Shown: one piece after another, positions 1 through 11,182 of the stretch
How positions within the stretch are numbered: the stretch's first letter is position 1
How the letters are laid out: the number at the start of each line of letters is the position of its first letter
Notes under the pieces: model-generated
What the model was told of the DNA's origin: nothing
What the model saw: the letters and a program-made list of their open reading frames with translations, nothing else
Database searches by the model: none
Assembly: GCF_004010195.1 (NCBI RefSeq)
Contig: NC_057718.1
Location: 84,917,968 to 84,981,967 of the forward strand
Reading direction: 5' to 3'
Length of the DNA: 64,000 bases
Source of the DNA: Chiloscyllium plagiosum
Lineage: Eukaryota
Translations under genes and position numbers: made by a program

Positions 1-45
1 GATATTGATTGTTCACTTTTTTTTTGGGGGGGGGGGGGGGGAGGG

Positions 46-571
46 TATCACAATGTTGGTTCTCCAGCCTAAGTCTTTCATGTCTTAACAAAAACCAGTA
101 TAAACAAAGGGAAGTGGCAGCTCACTTTGATTAGAGTTTTTGAGTCAGTTCAGCAGCAGTGTGTGTGAAGAAAGACAGCTGGGGCAAGTCTAGCCGGGTA
201 TTCTATCTCTCTAACTTCAAACCTGTAAGCCCTGGTAGGTTTTATTTTTAGGAGAAAGTGAGGGCTTTCATTTTTACTCTTTGTGCTAAGGGATGTTTAT
301 TGGGACCGTTGCAGGTATTTTCAGAACAGCATCATTACGGTGGGATAGTCTGTCGGGTTTTTAGATAGGTTAAGTCATCTGGTATTCTATTTTCTGTTCT
401 TTGTTTCATTCCATAATTTTGTAAATAAATTCTGTTTGTTTAAAACTTGGCAACCAAATCAGCTAATTCACTCCAAGAATATCCACTATACACTTACCTA
501 AAATAAATAGCAAAGTTACGGTCTGGGCTACCTGCTTAAAATATTGAGGGGGTCAGGCCTGGCCCGTTAAA
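46..571 (+). mobile_element. Diverged solo LTR, related to the LTR at 62530-63108
   Basis: Starts TATCAC (cf. TGTCAC), has AATAAA at ~424, and its 3' part (CACTTACC...GGTCTGGGCTACCTG...GGCCTGGCCCGTTAA) resembles the reverse complement of 62530-62720. Confidence 0.55.
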
Positions 572-1464
572 AAATGTTATTTTCTCTTGACATTCTCTTA
601 ACCATTCTGGTGAGAGCAAGACAAAAAGCTTTGTCTTTTTTCAGTAATAAAAAAGGAAGAAACTACAAAAACAATTTTGTGTCAACAGTTTCCATTTTAA
701 CAAAAATAAAAAACTTGGAAAAATTACCACTTTAAATTAGAGCCGTAGCAACAATATGGAAACAGGAAGTAAAGCATTGTATAGGAGAATTATGGAAACA
801 TACAAAATATTAAGATACACACGCATTATTCTAATCCTACCTTTAAGTTATATTTCTTCAATGTGGAAAAGCCCACATTTTTCATAATTTTCATCATACA
901 TTAGTTCTTTGACAGAAGGGATATGCAACATTCTCATTTGATGATTATCCAATACTTTGATATGACAATTGTTCAAGAATAGCAAAGGCTGGACATTACT
1001 CCTGTTGGTATCTAAGCAAAGCATGACGTAGTTTGAGATGATTTCTTTCAGGTTACGTTTCAGATCATCTTCTATTATGGAAATTAAAAGTATGCTTTAA
1101 ATAACTGAACTTGCAATTTTATTTTTAAAAGGTAGAGATTGCAGGCATTGAAATAGTACATTAAGGCCAGCTGGTCGGATGCTACAGCTAAATCTTTGTC
1201 AAACTGCTACAATGAAGGTCAACTGCCAAATCCCAGACCAATCAGACAGTACTTTGTTATCCTGTCTTAAATGATCAGCAATTCTGAATAAACAATGTGG
1301 CAAAAAATTTCTGTTCATGCAAACACACACTATACTTTTCTTTGTTTGTAAATTCTTATCTCTGAAAGCAAATAATACGATGGCTGGGTGTAGTCAAGAT
1401 TTAAACAAGTGACAACGAAAGTGTATGCCAGAATATTGAATATCAGAACACCAATTTAAGAGGC

Positions 1465-2167
1465 AAGTAGTTGGCCCCTTAGAAAAGGAGGCTGGGGAAA
1501 TAGTAATGGGGAATCAGGAAACAGCAGAGGAATTGAAGAAATACTTTGCATGTGTTGTTAGAGTAGAAGACACTGATAGCATCCCAAAATTACTAAATAT
1601 TCAAAATACAAAAGGAAGAAAGGAAATAAATACAATAACCATCACTGGAAGAAAAGCGCTGGGGAAACTAATGAGGCTAAAGACCGATAAGACAGAATCC
1701 CTACATTTTAGAAAGAGGCCAGCCAGTCTGCACTGACCCTCTGAACAGCATCCCACTCAGACCCTACCATATCCCCATAACCTCACATTTACTATTGCTA
1801 TTCCATGTAACTTGCACATTCTGGATGCTATAGACAATTTAGGATGGCCAATCCACCCAACCTGCACATCTTTGCAATGGGAGGATTTCGGAGCATTTAG
1901 CAGAAACCCAAGTGGATGTGGGGGGAACATGACAAGTCCACATTATCACCAAAGGCTGAATCAAACCCAGATCTCTGGCGCTAAGAGGCAGCAATGCTAA
2001 CCACTGAGCCACTGTGCCACCCCTGATGCTAAGATTTTAAAGGAAACACTTATAGAGATAGTAGATGCACTGGTCATAACTTTCCAGGAATCCCAGAGGA
2101 TTAGAAAACTGCCAACGTAACACCAAACAGGTAACCATGGGCCAGTTAGATTAATGTCTGTTATCGG
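1465..2167 (+). mobile_element. Decayed CR1-type LINE ORF2 fragment, split by an HE1 SINE and broken off at the ERV
   Basis: ORF 1506-1736 (GNQETAEELKKYFACV...KALGKLMRLKTDK) resembles the CR1 copy at 56339-56911; 2030-2167 reads like ILKE..EIVDALVITFQES...TANVTP...PVRLMSVIG. Confidence 0.75.
1730..2022 (-). mobile_element. Degenerate HE1-like V-SINE
   Basis: Reverse complement begins GGTGGCACAGTGGCTCAGTGGTTAGCATTGCTGCCTC like the other copies; V-domain remnant present. Confidence 0.7.
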
Positions 2168-3483
2168 GGAAACACCCCACTTTCCGAATTCTGTTCAGCT
2201 CACAGCTACACCCCATTACAAAAAGTATGAGGACTGGTATGCCAGACCTGGGTGAGATACGTCACTTACAGCGAATACCCCTACAGAGGAACACAGACTG
2301 TGGGTCACAGATTGGGTGCACCGTTGATGTTCATACCAAACTGTGGGACAGGTCTGTGTTCCTTCTTTGCTTTTACCAATCTTGGTGGATTATGTACATA
2401 ACTGTACACACCCAGGCAAGGTGGAAATGGTCAGTACTTTGCTACAAATGTGGTGGCACCCTGATTCCCAAAACAATGACTGAGAAACTAGCCAAAGCAT
2501 GCTTGATCCGCAAAAAGACAAATCTGGAAAAGGGATGCCTTGCATTTCTGGGATTACTCCATTGACTGGTGGACCTTTCAACTGTCTACAATTAGATTTC
2601 ATAGAATTACCCAGGGTACAATGTTATAAGTATTGCTTGGTGATAGTAGATGTCTTCAGTGGATGGATTGAGGCAATCCTGACATGGGATAACACAGCTG
2701 CAAAAGTGGTAAAAATACTGTGAAGGGAAATAATTCCCCGCTACGGACTACCAGAGACAATAAGCTCAGACAATGGGCCGCATTTCATGGCTAAAATTAA
2801 CCAGGGAATCTGCAGGGAACTAGCAATAAAACAACAATTCCACTGCATTCACCATCCAAAAGCAGCTGGAGTGTGGATTGAGCAAATGGTACCCTAAAAG
2901 ATAAGCTGGCAAAGCTGAAACAGGCCTAAGTTTCACGGTGGGCGGCATGGTGGCACAGTGGTTAGTACTGCTGCCTCGCAGCGCCAGAGACCCGGGTTCA
3001 ATTCCCGACTCAGGAATCTAATCTAATCTAATCTAATCTAATCTTGGTTGAAGGTCCTACCCTTGGCCCCTTCAAGCAAAACTGGTCAGTCTCCGTGATT
3101 TATGGGAAGCCCATGAGGACCCCATGGGGACCTGGGATAGTCCAACCACCCCCCCCCCCTCCCCAAGAGACTAGATATGAACACCCTGGGGAAGGTGGTC
3201 AGCGTGTGCCTGCAGGGACGAACCAAATCTCTCCAAAGTTTGCATTCTTTGGAGAGATTTGGTTAGTCCCTGCAGGTACACCCTGACCAGAGAAAGCGAC
3301 GATCTGTTTGAAGGGGACTACCCCACTGCCAAGCCAGGGGATTTCGTCCTGATAAAGGATTGGGATGAAAGAAGCTGGGATCAAGATGAAAAGGACTGTT
3401 CCAGGTGCTGCTTACCACCCCCACAGCTGTGAAAGTACAAAGGCATCCCCGGTGGATACACAGAACTGACTGCAGAAGAATTA
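2168..3483 (+). pseudogene. pol: ERV pol 3' end (integrase), inactivated by stops, frameshifts and a SINE
   Basis: HHCC remnant (VHNCTHPG...ACLI); catalytic core LQLDFIELPR..YKYCLVIVDVFSGWIEA and REIIPRYGLPETISSDNGPHF; C-terminal PGDFVLIK...FQVLLTTPTAVKVQRHPRWIH (GPY/F-type module). Confidence 0.9.
2931..3043 (+). mobile_element. Internally deleted HE1 SINE inserted in the ERV integrase
   Basis: tRNA-like head (TGGCACAGTGG...GGTTCAATTCC) joined directly to a (CTAAT)n tail; the integrase frame continues across it (TGL..WLKVLPLA). Confidence 0.8.
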
Positions 3484-3514
3484 GCGTGGAAGCAGATACC
3501 AACTAAGGACAAAG

Positions 3515-4783
3515 ATGTTTTCCATACTCGTGACATTGGCGACTTTGGGAAATGGGGCCTTGGGAATAGATAGATTCCAAATTGACACTCCTCAGCATAA
3601 TACCTTTTTTGCACCTAGCCTATCAGACAACCCATGTAACGGGGAGACACACACACACTGCTGGGTATGTGCCCACATGCCATCCCACTCGGTGGGAGGA
3701 ATCCCTTTGTGGCCCGTACCTTTTCACTGGTACGAACTGGCCAAATGGCTACTGTGAAGTCTTTCCGGTGATCTTGCAAACACCAATACGCATGAGTGCG
3801 GCAGTCGGTAGGGTATAACCTGACCTCACTCAGGGACTGGTAGCATCCTAAATACAGCCAATCCTATAGGCCTCCTCCCTTGTAGTTCTCAACAATACTT
3901 TCGACTACACCATCTGTTTCAGGCGGAAAAGGAAGCCTTCCAAAGGTACTTATGTGGGAACGAGTGAATGAGTCTCTGCCATCCCCTGGGCCGAACCTAT
4001 TCAGAACTTAACAGAATGTGGGTATTTTATATTTATTTGGCCCACCATCCACAAAAGAACCTCAGGCCACCTCTGAAATAATCCTGCTCCCAGATTATGT
4101 TGCGCTTTTTTGGGGGGGGGGGGGGGAAGAAAAGAGTGGTTTGACAGCTTACAAAGCCATATACTTTATTTGCAGGCTAAAAGCCTACCCTTGGCTTCCC
4201 TCCGATTGGGAGGAGTCACGCTACCTGGGGTATGTTGCGTTTCGGGTGACTTGCCCTCACCCCTGCGTCCCAGAAGGTTCCTCATCTGAATGAGAATGTT
4301 CTCTCCGCCAACAGGAATCTATTTACATGCCCAAGAACTTAGTCAGCTCAGGACCGCATGGGAAAGGGGTCGCCAATGATATGGCTACTGCTTTAACTGA
4401 AATTAACGCACAGCTACTTGCAGTTAGAACTGTGGCCCTCCAGAATCATTTGGTCCTGGATTTCCTGCTCGCCAAGGAGGGTGGTAGCTGTGCTATTGCT
4501 GGGGCAGAGTTCTGCACCTACATCCCTGATGGGTCCACTAACATCACTGATCTCACTAAACACATCACACAGGAAATCTAGACTCTCCAAACAATGGAGG
4601 AGTGGCCACTAGGGATATTCTTGGAGGATTAGGAGGCCTGCTGGTACATATCTGAATTAAATACTAATCGTAATCGCCTGCATTCTAGTGCTCCGGTGCT
4701 TATGGCCACTGTTGTCAGAATGTTTTCGCTGTAGGCTCGGAGGGGACCTGGTTGATCATAGAATGATCAATAGGAGGGAATGA
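3515..4783 (+). pseudogene. env: ERV env, gamma-type envelope, decayed
   Basis: Hydrophobic N-terminus MFSILVTLATLG; CXXC motif HCWVC; YFICRLKAYPWLPSDW..YLGYV; RPRR furin-like site ~4266-4277; immunosuppressive domain LQNHLVLDFLLAKEGG followed by a degenerate CX6CC (CAIAGAEFC); transmembrane-like LIVIACILVL; ends at TGA 4781-4783. Confidence 0.88.
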
Positions 4784-5529
4784 GGAAGTTAGAAAGCCAC
4801 AAAGGAATCAGTTCCATATTTTACTTCTTTTTCCCTACTGGGCACTCAAAGGTTAAACATGCCACTGCCAAAGAGACTTACTGCAGTATCAATTGGAAGC
4901 CTGTCCTCTTACAATATAGACAGAACATCTCAGTAGGGGGGGTGGCTGACTGTATCCCAGAAGAAGAGTCCAGTGGAGCCACATATGTGGATTCCTCTGC
5001 AGCCTCAGCCAAGACTAATAGTCTTGGCCACAACCCTGTTAAACTGCCTTCTGGCTGCCGTTGTCTTACTTCCCCTCCATATTAACATGGGCATGTGAAC
5101 TCCCCCATTGAGAATAGGCAAAACCCTTCTGCTTTAATCCCATCGACACGTGGTCATGAAGAATACGGTACGGCACGGTGGCACAGTGGTTAGCACTGCT
5201 GCCTCACAGCGCCAGAGACCCGGGTTCAATTCCCGCCTCAGGCGACTGACTGTGTGGAGTTTGCACATTCTCCCCGTGTCTGCGTGGGTTTCCTCCGGGT
5301 GCTCCGGTTTCCTCCCACAGTCCAAAGATGTGCAGGTCAGGTAAATTGGCCATGCTAAATTGCCCGTAGTGTTAGGTAAGGGGCAGATGTAGGAGTATGG
5401 GAGGGTTGCGCTTCGGCGTGGCGGTGTGGACTTGTTGGGCCGAAGGGCCTGTTTCCACACTAAGTAATCTAATCTAATACGATAATCAGTCCCTGCAATC
5501 CATTCGCAAGTTATCACAGGACATCAACA
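4769..5529 (+). mobile_element. Polypurine tract and probable ERV 3' LTR, with an HE1 insertion
   Basis: AATAGGAGGGAA immediately followed by TG at 4781, the usual PPT/U3 junction. The right end (ATCAACA ~5529) is a guess because no 5' LTR is available for comparison. Confidence 0.5.
5171..5478 (+). mobile_element. HE1-type V-SINE, near full length
   Basis: tRNA-derived head with A/B boxes, V-domain TGTGTGGAGTTTGCACATTCTCCCCGTGTCTGCGTGGGTTTCCTCCGGGTGCTCCGG, CR1-like tail ending TAATCTAATCTAAT. Confidence 0.9.
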
Positions 5530-5789
5530 TTCATCCGTTTTTGTAAATTCCATCTTAAACTAAGAAATGACTATTGACCATGTGAATGATAAACCTTTTG
5601 GTTAACCCCTATATTAAAAAAAAACTGTCTTTGTTTAGGACAGAGATTCGTGGACAAGTGTCACCACAGGTAGACACACGACTACTTTTGGGGACATTGA
5701 GAATCTCTTGCCAGCTGTCTGTTACCGTTGTACAGAAACTGGTGTCATCTGGATTTGTGGAACAAAATATACATCAATACTTGTAGGAG

Positions 5790-6065
5790 AATCTAGGGCC
5801 AGAGGGCATAATCTCAGAATAATGGGTTGACCATTTAAGACAGATAAGGAGGAATTTCTTCTGAGGTAGTGAATCGTTTGAATTGTTTAGCACAGACCAT
5901 TGAGTCATTAAGACTGAGATTTACAGATTTTTTAAATCTGTAAAGGAATCATGAATTATAAAAGTCAGGAAAGTGGAGTGGAGGATTATCAGATCAGCCA
6001 TGAGCTCATTAAATGACAGAGCAGACTTGATGGGTTGAATTGCCTATTTCTCCTCATATCTTATG
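5790..6065 (+). mobile_element. CR1-type LINE 3' end
   Basis: RARGHNLRIMG*PFKT..RRNFF remnant plus a 3' UTR with GATCAGCCATGA. Confidence 0.7.
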
Positions 6066-6148
6066 AGTTTATAGTTTTTGCAATTAAAAGAAAATTTATA
6101 GTTTACAGGATCAGAGTACATGATTTATTCTTCCTTTTCACTCCTTAA

Positions 6149-6453
6149 TTAGATTAGATTCCCCACAGTGTGGAAATAGGCCCTTCGGCCCAACAAGTCC
6201 ACACCAACCCTCCGAAGAGTAACCCACCCAGATCCATTTCCCTCTAACTAATGCACCAAACACTATGGGCAACTTCCCATGGCCATTTTACTTGCCCTGC
6301 ACATCTTTGGACTGTGGGAGGAAACCGGAGCACGCAGAGGAAACCCACGCAGACATGGGGAGAATGTGCAAACTCCACACAATCGCCCGAGGCTGGAATC
6401 GAACCTGGGATCCTGGTGCTGTGAGGCAGCAGTGCTAACCACTGAGCCACCAT
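6149..6453 (-). mobile_element. HE1-type V-SINE
   Basis: Reverse-complement match to 5171-5478, with a TTAGATTAGATT tail. Confidence 0.9.
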
Positions 6454-7178
6454 CTTTGAGGGGAAGCGAGATCGAGCAAACTGAATAAAACAACCTGAAG
6501 ATTTGACTGTAGGCATTTCTCAACAAAGCCATAAAATAAATTGGAAAATTATGAGATAGGAACTAGCTAACATATTTGATCCACAAGGGACCTGAAGTTT
6601 ACACCCTTCATATTAACAGAGTTGAATTGCCTATTTCTCCTCATATCTTATGCTTTTATAGTTTTGTAGTTCATATTAACATACAGTACAATTAGATATT
6701 TATCAACATTAATAGGAAAACAAGAATCCTGGGACCACATATAGGAAAGATCATATCAGAAAATATCTAAGGCAGATGTGAATATAACATGCTTTTATTG
6801 TTTTACTTCTGTAATCCAGGCTTTAAATTACCGAATTCATTGCTGCGCTCCAGTGTTTTAGACATAAAGCACATCTATTGTGACCCTAGATCTCTTACCC
6901 TGCTGCATCCTTAGTCATTATCATTCATGATTGCTCGCATTTCCTCTATCAAGGTGTTCCAAGTTCCAATGATGCACTGTAGATATCAGAGAAGGCTACT
7001 GAAGCATGTCCACGTATGGAATGAGCTGCCAGAGGAAGTGGTGGAGGCTGGTATGATAGCAATATTTAAAAAAGGAGTCTGTATGGGTATATGAATGGGA
7101 AGGGTTTAGAGGGATATGGGGTGGGTGCTGGCAAGTGGACTAGATTAGGTTGGGATATCTGGTCGGCATAGCCAAGTT

Positions 7179-9005
7179 CACCCTCAACGCGCAGCCCTCC
7201 AATCCCAACGTCACCATTAAGCCAGCGGACAAAGGGGGCGCAGTAGTAGTCTGGCGCACTGACCTCTACACCACTGAAGAGAAACCCAACTCGAGGACAC
7301 CTCTTCCTACTGCCCCCTCGACCATGACCCCACCCCCCATCACCAAACCATCATCTCCCAGACCATACAGAACCTCATCACCTCAGGAGATCTCCCACCC
7401 ACAGCTTCCAACCTCAGTCCGGGAACTCCGCACTGCCTGGTTCTACCTCCTTCCCAAGATCCACAAGCCTGACCACCCTGGCCGACCCATTGGGGCAAGA
7501 GCATGCTGAGACACTGAACTCATCTCTACCTACCTCGACACTGTCCTATTCCCCCCCAGTCCAGAAACTCCCCACATACGTTCGAGACACCACCCACACC
7601 TTCCACCTCCTCCAAGACTTCCGTTTCCCTGGCCCCCAACGCCTCATCATCATCATGGATATCCAATCCCTCTACACCTCCATCCGCCATGACCAGGGCC
7701 TCCAAGCCCTCTGTTTTTTCCTCTCCAGATGTCCCCAACAGTACCCTTCCACCGACACTCATTCGTTTGGCCGAATTGGTCCTCATCCTTAACAATTTCT
7801 CCTTTGAATCCTCCCACTTCCTCCAGACCAAAGGGGTAGCCATGGGCACACGTATGGGCCCCAGCTATGCCTGTCTCTTTGTTGGCTACGTAGAACAGTT
7901 GATCTTCTGTAATTACACCGGCACCACTCCCCACCTCTTCCTCCGCGACATTGATGACTGCATTGGCGCCACCTCGTGCTCCCGCGAGGAGGTTGAGCAA
8001 TTCAACTTCACCAACACATTCCACCCTGACCTTAAATTTACCTGGACCATCTCTGACACCTCCCTCCCCTTCCAGGACCTCTCCATCTCCATTAGTGACG
8101 ACCGACTTGACACTGACATCTTCTACAAACCCACCAACTCCCACAGCTACCTGGATTACACCACTTCATACCCTATCTCTTGCAAAAATGCCATCCCATA
8201 TTCCCAATTCCTCCGCCTCCGCCATATCTGCTCCCAGGAGGAGCGGTTCCACCATAGAACACACCAGATGGCCTCCTTCTCTAGAGACCGCANNNNNNNN
8301 NNNNNNNNNNNNNNNNNNNNNNNNNNNNNNNNNNNNNNNNNNNNNNNNNNNNNNNNNNNNNNNNNNNNNNNNNNNNNNNNNNNNNNNNNNNNNNNNNNNN
8401 NNNNNNNNNNNNNNNNNNNNNNNNNNNNNNNNNNNNNNNNNNNNNNNNNNNNNNNNNNNNNNNNNNNNNNNNNNNNNNNNNNNNNNNNNNNNNNNNNNNN
8501 NNNNNNNNNNNNNNNNNNNNNNNNNNNNNNNNNNNNNNNNNNNNNNNNNNNNNNNNNNNNNNNNNNNNNNNNNNNNNNNNNNNNNNNNNNNNNNNNNNNN
8601 NNNNNNNNNNNNNNNNNNNNNNNNNNNNNNNNNNNNNNNNNNNNNNNNNNNNNNNNNNNNNNNNNNNNNNNNNNNNNNNNNNNNNNNNNNNNNNNNNNNN
8701 NNNNNNNNNNNNNNNNNNNNNNNNNNNNNNNNNNNNNNNNNNNNNNNNNNNNNNNNNNNNNNNNNNNNNNNNNNNNNNNNNNCACCTTCATCTCCTCTCC
8801 CACTCACCTATTGTACTCTATGCTACTCTCTCCCCACCCTCTAGCTTATCTCTCCACACTTCAGGCTCTCTGCCTTTATTCCGGATGAAGGGCTTTTGCC
8901 CGAAACGTCGATTTCGTTACTCGTTGGATGCTGCCTGAACTGCTGTGCTCTTCCAGCATCACTGATCCAGAATCTGGTTTCCAGCATCTGCAGTCATTGT
9001 TTTTA
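7179..9005 (+). mobile_element. Penelope-like element (family A), RT region and 3' terminal repeat, spanning an N gap
   Basis: TIKPADKGGAVVVW, FYLLPKIHKPDHPGRPI, MDIQSLYTSI, GVAMGTRMGPSYACLFV, FLRDIDD. Inserted into a CR1 tail (7015-7178 / 9006-9055) with 7-bp TSD CCAAGTT (7172-7178, 9006-9012). Confidence 0.9.
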
Positions 9006-9395
9006 CCAAGTTGGACCAAAGGGTCTATTTCCGTGCTGTACATCTGTGATTCTAATTGCATTCCAACAGATTTCTCCGGATTAGTCCTATCCAAATAAAT
9101 AACTCGCCATTTTTCTGTCCACTCGCAAAGCAATCAATAACGTTCTCCCTCGCGACCAATTCAATAACGGCTTTACTATTCAACGGCGTTATTAATCCCG
9201 TCCTTCGTCATTGCAATGATTGAAGTATAGTAAAAAAAGGATAGGGTGTTTTTAAAAAAAAAAGCATTCTAGCAGCATCTCTAGGAAGAAAAACAAAATT
9301 GAAGTCTCGAGCCCAATAACATTCCTCCGGAGAAAGACCAGTGCTTCACTTTTAATATTTTAAAAAATTTATTTGGAAAATACTTCATTACTCAC

Positions 9396-9470
9396 ATTAA
9401 AAGCGGGCAGTTGACCGTCCGCTGCTCGTTGGAGCTCTCGGATTAACTCTATAGCTTTTTCACAAAACAT
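9396..9470 (-). CDS. GINS1: GINS complex subunit 1 (Psf1), first coding exon
   Basis: Minus strand ATG..AAT encodes [25 protein letters not shown], closely matching the vertebrate GINS1 N-terminus (human [25 protein letters not shown]); 75 nt, followed by donor GTGAGT. Later exons not found, presumably left of the window. Confidence 0.93.
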
Positions 9471-9539
9471 TATTCACTGAAGAAGCAAACGCTATTCTAT
9501 AAACCTCACCACACACAAAGAAAATCCAACACCGATGAG

Positions 9540-9920
9540 CTGAAAACATGGAACAAAAATCTTAAATCCGAACCCCCGCCAAAACCGAGCAGAGAGCGCG
9601 GTGTCGTCGGGACCAATCAGGAAAGTGGAGAGTGAGCAGCCAGCTCCGTCACTTCCCCCGGAAACCAGCTTCGCTATAAAGTCTAAACAGCGAACAATAT
9701 CTACTCAATGTTCGTACAAAAGGTATATGTACCCGAGTGACTTTTTTTTTAAATGTGTAGTTCGTCTTCGTTTATGTCCCCCTCCTATAAACAGATGAAC
9801 CGTTTGGTTTTGCTGCTTCCCAGTCAAACGGCTACTTCGACGCGAGACCAACTGGCGAACATGAGGAGAGCGCTTGCGCTCTAACTGCTTGTTCCTTCCG
9901 CTGCTGGCAACCCTATCTCT
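9540..9920. promoter_or_regulatory. CpG-enriched GINS1 promoter region
   Basis: CpG-rich relative to flanks; E2F-like TTTTGGCGGGGG (minus, 9573-9584), CCAAT (GACCAATCAG 9611-9620), ETS-like ACTTCC/CCGGAA ~9651-9663, all just upstream of the GINS1 ATG. Confidence 0.6.
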
Positions 9921-10002
9921 ATAACAACTCATACGTCGTGTTCATTTGTACTATTAATTCATCTATCTTACAAACACTGTGTGCATTCAATTAGAGTAAT
10001 TA

Positions 10003-10122
10003 ATTCCTGATGAAGAGCTTATGCCAAAACGTCGGCTCTCCTGCTCCTCGGATGCTGCCTGACCGGCTGTGCTTTTCCAGCGCCACATTCTCAACTCTGA
10101 TCTGCAGTCCTCATTTTCTCCT
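10003..10122 (+). mobile_element. Short solo PLE family A terminal unit with hammerhead-like motif
   Basis: CTGATGAAGAGCTTATGCCAAAACGTC...GGATGCTGCCTGACCGGCTGTGCTTTTCCAGC; similar to 8880-9005. Confidence 0.75.
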
Positions 10123-10954
10123 CATAATGCTTGTATGCTCTGTCCCTTCCCGTCACACTGGTTAATAATTATCCCCATCTCTGTAGTGTTGCCTTATTCT
10201 TTCTTCACAACTTTCTAAACTTCCCCTCACGTGAACCTTATCTTCTTCCAACTGTCCTTTTTTAGCTGAAAGCCTGCTGCATTCACTGTCTCACACCTGC
10301 ACACACCCACCATGCGTGCTGGGGCAAAAATAAGCACTACCGCACTTGGGTGGTAGTGTGGGGGTTAAATTTAAAAAAGAAAAAAATAGAAACTGTTTTC
10401 TGTTTATTGTCAACTGTATTTAAAAAAAAATAAATAGGAGTGTCACTCTATTTTGATTTAATCCCTAAAGAAAAAAAAGAAAGCCTGCTGCACGGTCCTT
10501 GTTCTGCAATTTGGCAAGACAGTGGTCTTAGCACAACTGAGAAGACTGTCTGCACAACACTGCTACTCTTTGTCCAGCTCTGAAGCCAACTCTCTCAGCA
10601 TTTAAATGTATTTCTTCTGTACTAATCTTTGAGTCGTACATTCAATGCTCTGAACTTACTTACTCAATGCCAAATTTGTTGTGTTCAGGAAGTAGTTCAG
10701 AGACATACCTCGTAGTATAACTAGTTAAGGTATAAATCCAATACAGCGCATGTTTCTCCCTGGTATTAGTTTAAACTATTCCACTTTTTCAGGGAATAAC
10801 ATCAGCAAACCTTTAACACTCCCTAGCTTCTGGAAAAAAGTGAAAAAGCAGCATGTTTTCTCTTCTGCAACGAACTCCCAAGCTGACACACTTGTGTTCA
10901 TAGGTTTCTGCTTAATATGTTCAGGATTGAAAAGAGGTCTTCAGATCCATTCCT

Positions 10955-11182
10955 AGGAGAAAGTGAGGACTGAAGATGCTGGAGATCAGAGTTGAGAGAG
11001 GGGTGCTGGAAAAGCATAGCACGCCAGGCAGCATCCATGAAGCAGAAGAATCGATGTTTTGGGCATAAGCCTTTCATCCGGAAATCCTGAGGAAAGGCTA
11101 ATGCCTGAAACGTCCATTTTCCTGCTCCTCGGATTCTGTCTGGCCTGCTTGTCTTTTTCCAGTACCACACTTGATTCAGACC
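10955..11182. mobile_element. Inverted pair of PLE family A terminal units
   Basis: Minus copy ~10955-11083 abuts a plus copy ~11084-11182; both have degenerate hammerhead cores meeting at the centre. Confidence 0.75.

Noticed and set aside
5171..5240. tRNA-like A/B boxes suggesting tRNA genes (also ~13170-13230 and other SINE heads)
   Set aside because: They are SINE heads continuing into SINE bodies or decayed sequence; no complete cloverleaf.
6890..6975. Minus-strand LIEEMRAIMNDND followed by a GTAAG donor-like site, considered as GINS1 exon 2 (VLEEMKALYEQNQ)
   Set aside because: Similarity is limited to EEM.A, there is an in-frame stop before the donor, and no suitable acceptor; the true exon should be highly conserved.
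7689..8888. Long ORFs (399, 297, 215, 213 aa) in the ORF track
   Set aside because: Lengths are inflated by the N gap at 8293-8781; the real part is Penelope RT. The same applies to ORFs crossing 60768-61039.
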